A stretch of 64,000 nt of DNA. Source: Amphiscolops sp. MND2022 (lineage: Eukaryota). Below the pieces are notes generated by a model. The model did no database searches. It was not told where the DNA came from and saw only the letters and a program-made list of their open reading frames with translations. The translations under genes were made by a program, and so were the position numbers. Positions 62,187 to 64,000 of this stretch are shown in pieces (position 1 is the stretch's first letter; each line of letters starts with the position of its first letter). The stretch lies in NCBI GenBank assembly GCA_964187785.1, contig OZ076409.1, positions 31,436,001 through 31,500,000 on the forward strand, written 5' to 3'.

Positions 62187-63631
62187 TATTCATTCTTTAT
62201 TTAATTGGAAATTATTTCATTCATAGACAATTTTAATTTTCATCTTTGTCATTGCGTTAAAATAACTCATTTCCGAAAAAAACTGTGAAAATCTATCTTT
62301 ACACTTGTTTTGATACTATTGCTGGGTTGATTATATTACACATGCAGTATGTGTTTGATTATCTACAACTTTCGTCTCTGAAGTTTTTCTCTAAAACAAT
62401 CTCCTGTTGAGATATAGAGCAAGTTATCTTTTCCATCATGATTATGTCTGTATTAAGATTAGGAATAAAAACTATCAATATATGGATTTTTCAGATACTG
62501 TGTTATCTACTTATAATCCCGTGTGCTGCATCAAACTGACTGGTATTGGCTAGCTGGTAGTTTCTGGTATCTGGTATTTTTTCTTAGATGTTTGTATATT
62601 TGATCTTGTTTCATTGTTATTGCCGCTTCAGATATTTCTACTTTGAAATATGCTTATTTTTGATGACTACAAGTAGTAAGAGGAATCGATCCTTAGATGA
62701 AATTGAGAACATCAAAATTTGGTGTTTCGTCCCAAACAATTTTTGATGTTTTAATTTGGCCAAAGTTTTCGATGTCCTCAATTTGGCCTGTTGTGTTATA
62801 AGGAGGGAATCCTCTTACTACGGCTATCCATAAGTTGAAAAAACTTTTTTAGATGGAATATTTGTAAAAAAAATATCATTTTCTGGGGATCAATTGAAAA
62901 AAACCTGATATTAAGTCTTGATATGAATCGATAATACATATCAAATCAATATCACCTATCACTAGATTTGTATTGAGTTGAACTTCAGTAGGGATGGCTT
63001 GGTCCAATTATTATTTTCCGACGCCACATTTTAAAATGGGGGAGAAAAATCATGATCTTTGACGCGTTTTTTTTCTCCAAATTTTGTCAAATCTCCACAT
63101 TTTGATTACTTGACTATTTTATATAGCTACTAGTTACTAAAATAGTCAAGTAACTAAAATAGCATAAAGCGGGAATAATAAGAAAAAGGGAATAAAAAGT
63201 CAAAAAAGGGAATAAGATCTAAAATTTCAGGGCTGGAATTAGATCTAAAAGGAATAAGATCTAAAATCACTAACTTTTAGATCTTATTCTTCAGATCCTA
63301 TTCCCCCCCTCCCAAAATAGCTATGGCCCAGTTGGTGAAGGCGAACAGGGCGGAAAATATCCCGGTGCTTAGCGGGCGTCTTGTTGTTGATTCTAAAATG
63401 TTTTTAGCTTCATTTTGGGTATTCCATTCGATGAGCCAAGCAATGGTGAAGCATCATCTAAATCAGCCGGAGTTGCATACATCTGGATTGGAAATAAAGC
63501 GCCAGAGTATCTCAAATGCGTGGCCACTAAAGACGCCAACAAAATTCTTGCATCCAAGGTTTCTGCATAATCAATTTTGTCGATGAATCATTAGTTCAAG
63601 TAACAGTGTTTAATTCAAACATGTGCAAGTA

Positions 63632-63814
63632 CAGTCGAACTCGGATAAAAGAAACTCATTGGGCGGTGAGAAAAGGGTTTCTTTTATCAGTTGTCCTATT
63701 AACGTAGAAAGTTTGGCTTGCATAAAATCGGAGGAGTGAAAACGTTTCTTATATCCGAATGTTTCTTTTATCCGTGTTTCTTTTATCCGTGTTTCTTTTA
63801 TCCGAGTTCTACTG
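63632..63814. mobile_element. Tc1/mariner(pogo)-type MITE with TA TSD
   Basis: TA-CAGTCGAACTCGGATAAAAGAAAC..GTTTCTTTTATCCGAGTTCTACTG-TA, with tandem subterminal copies of GTTTCTTTTATCCG. Confidence 0.85.
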
Positions 63815-64000
63815 TAGTTAACAAAGCACCCTGTTTTGAGGATTATGGTCTGTGTTGTCTGCTGTATATTACAAATTTCAGTTCAATCCACTTGTTTTAG
63901 TCTCTCACTTCTTTTTCTTATCAATTACCGAGCTTTGTCAATAACTTTGGCATGATCCCACGAATCTAGCTAAGTTTATGAAATATGACTTTTCTTTAGC

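Larger units (their letters stand above)
38495..62822. mobile_element. Maverick/Polinton element B, rearranged, with TIRs and 6-bp TSD
   Basis: Left end AGTAGTAAGAGGATTCCCTCCTTATAACACAACAGGCCAAATTGAG; right end is its reverse complement ending ..CTTACTACG (last base changed). GCTATC flanks both sides (38489-38494, 62823-62828). Confidence 0.92.

Overview
AT-rich animal genomic DNA. The backbone is part of a + strand Flightless-I (gelsolin-family) gene. Ten exons can be chained in frame with GT-AG splice sites from 147 to 38384. Two giant introns are filled with Maverick/Polinton (adintovirus-like) elements. Polinton A (10302 to about 26530) has a left terminus starting AGTAGT and has lost its right end. 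It carries decayed pPolB, major and minor capsid, integrase and packaging ATPase genes, an intact protease ORF, a tRNA-like Pol III unit in its terminus, an 83-bp tandem array, and an intact but very divergent eukaryotic-type ribosomal protein uS5 (RPS2) homolog. Polinton B (38495-62822) has matching TIRs and a 6-bp GCTATC target-site duplication. It is a second, more AT-rich lineage with three dead pPolB copies, and its ATPase gene is interrupted by a fragment of an A-family element (about 40600-47684). That fragment carries HUH-like, PC4-like and possible MATH-like ORFs and two 83-bp arrays. The rest of the window holds a CR1/L2-like LINE relic, a piggyBac relic, Helentron-type non-autonomous repeats, tRNA-derived repeats and MITEs. 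All family assignments were made by eye from motifs; no database searches were run, and many boundaries are approximate.
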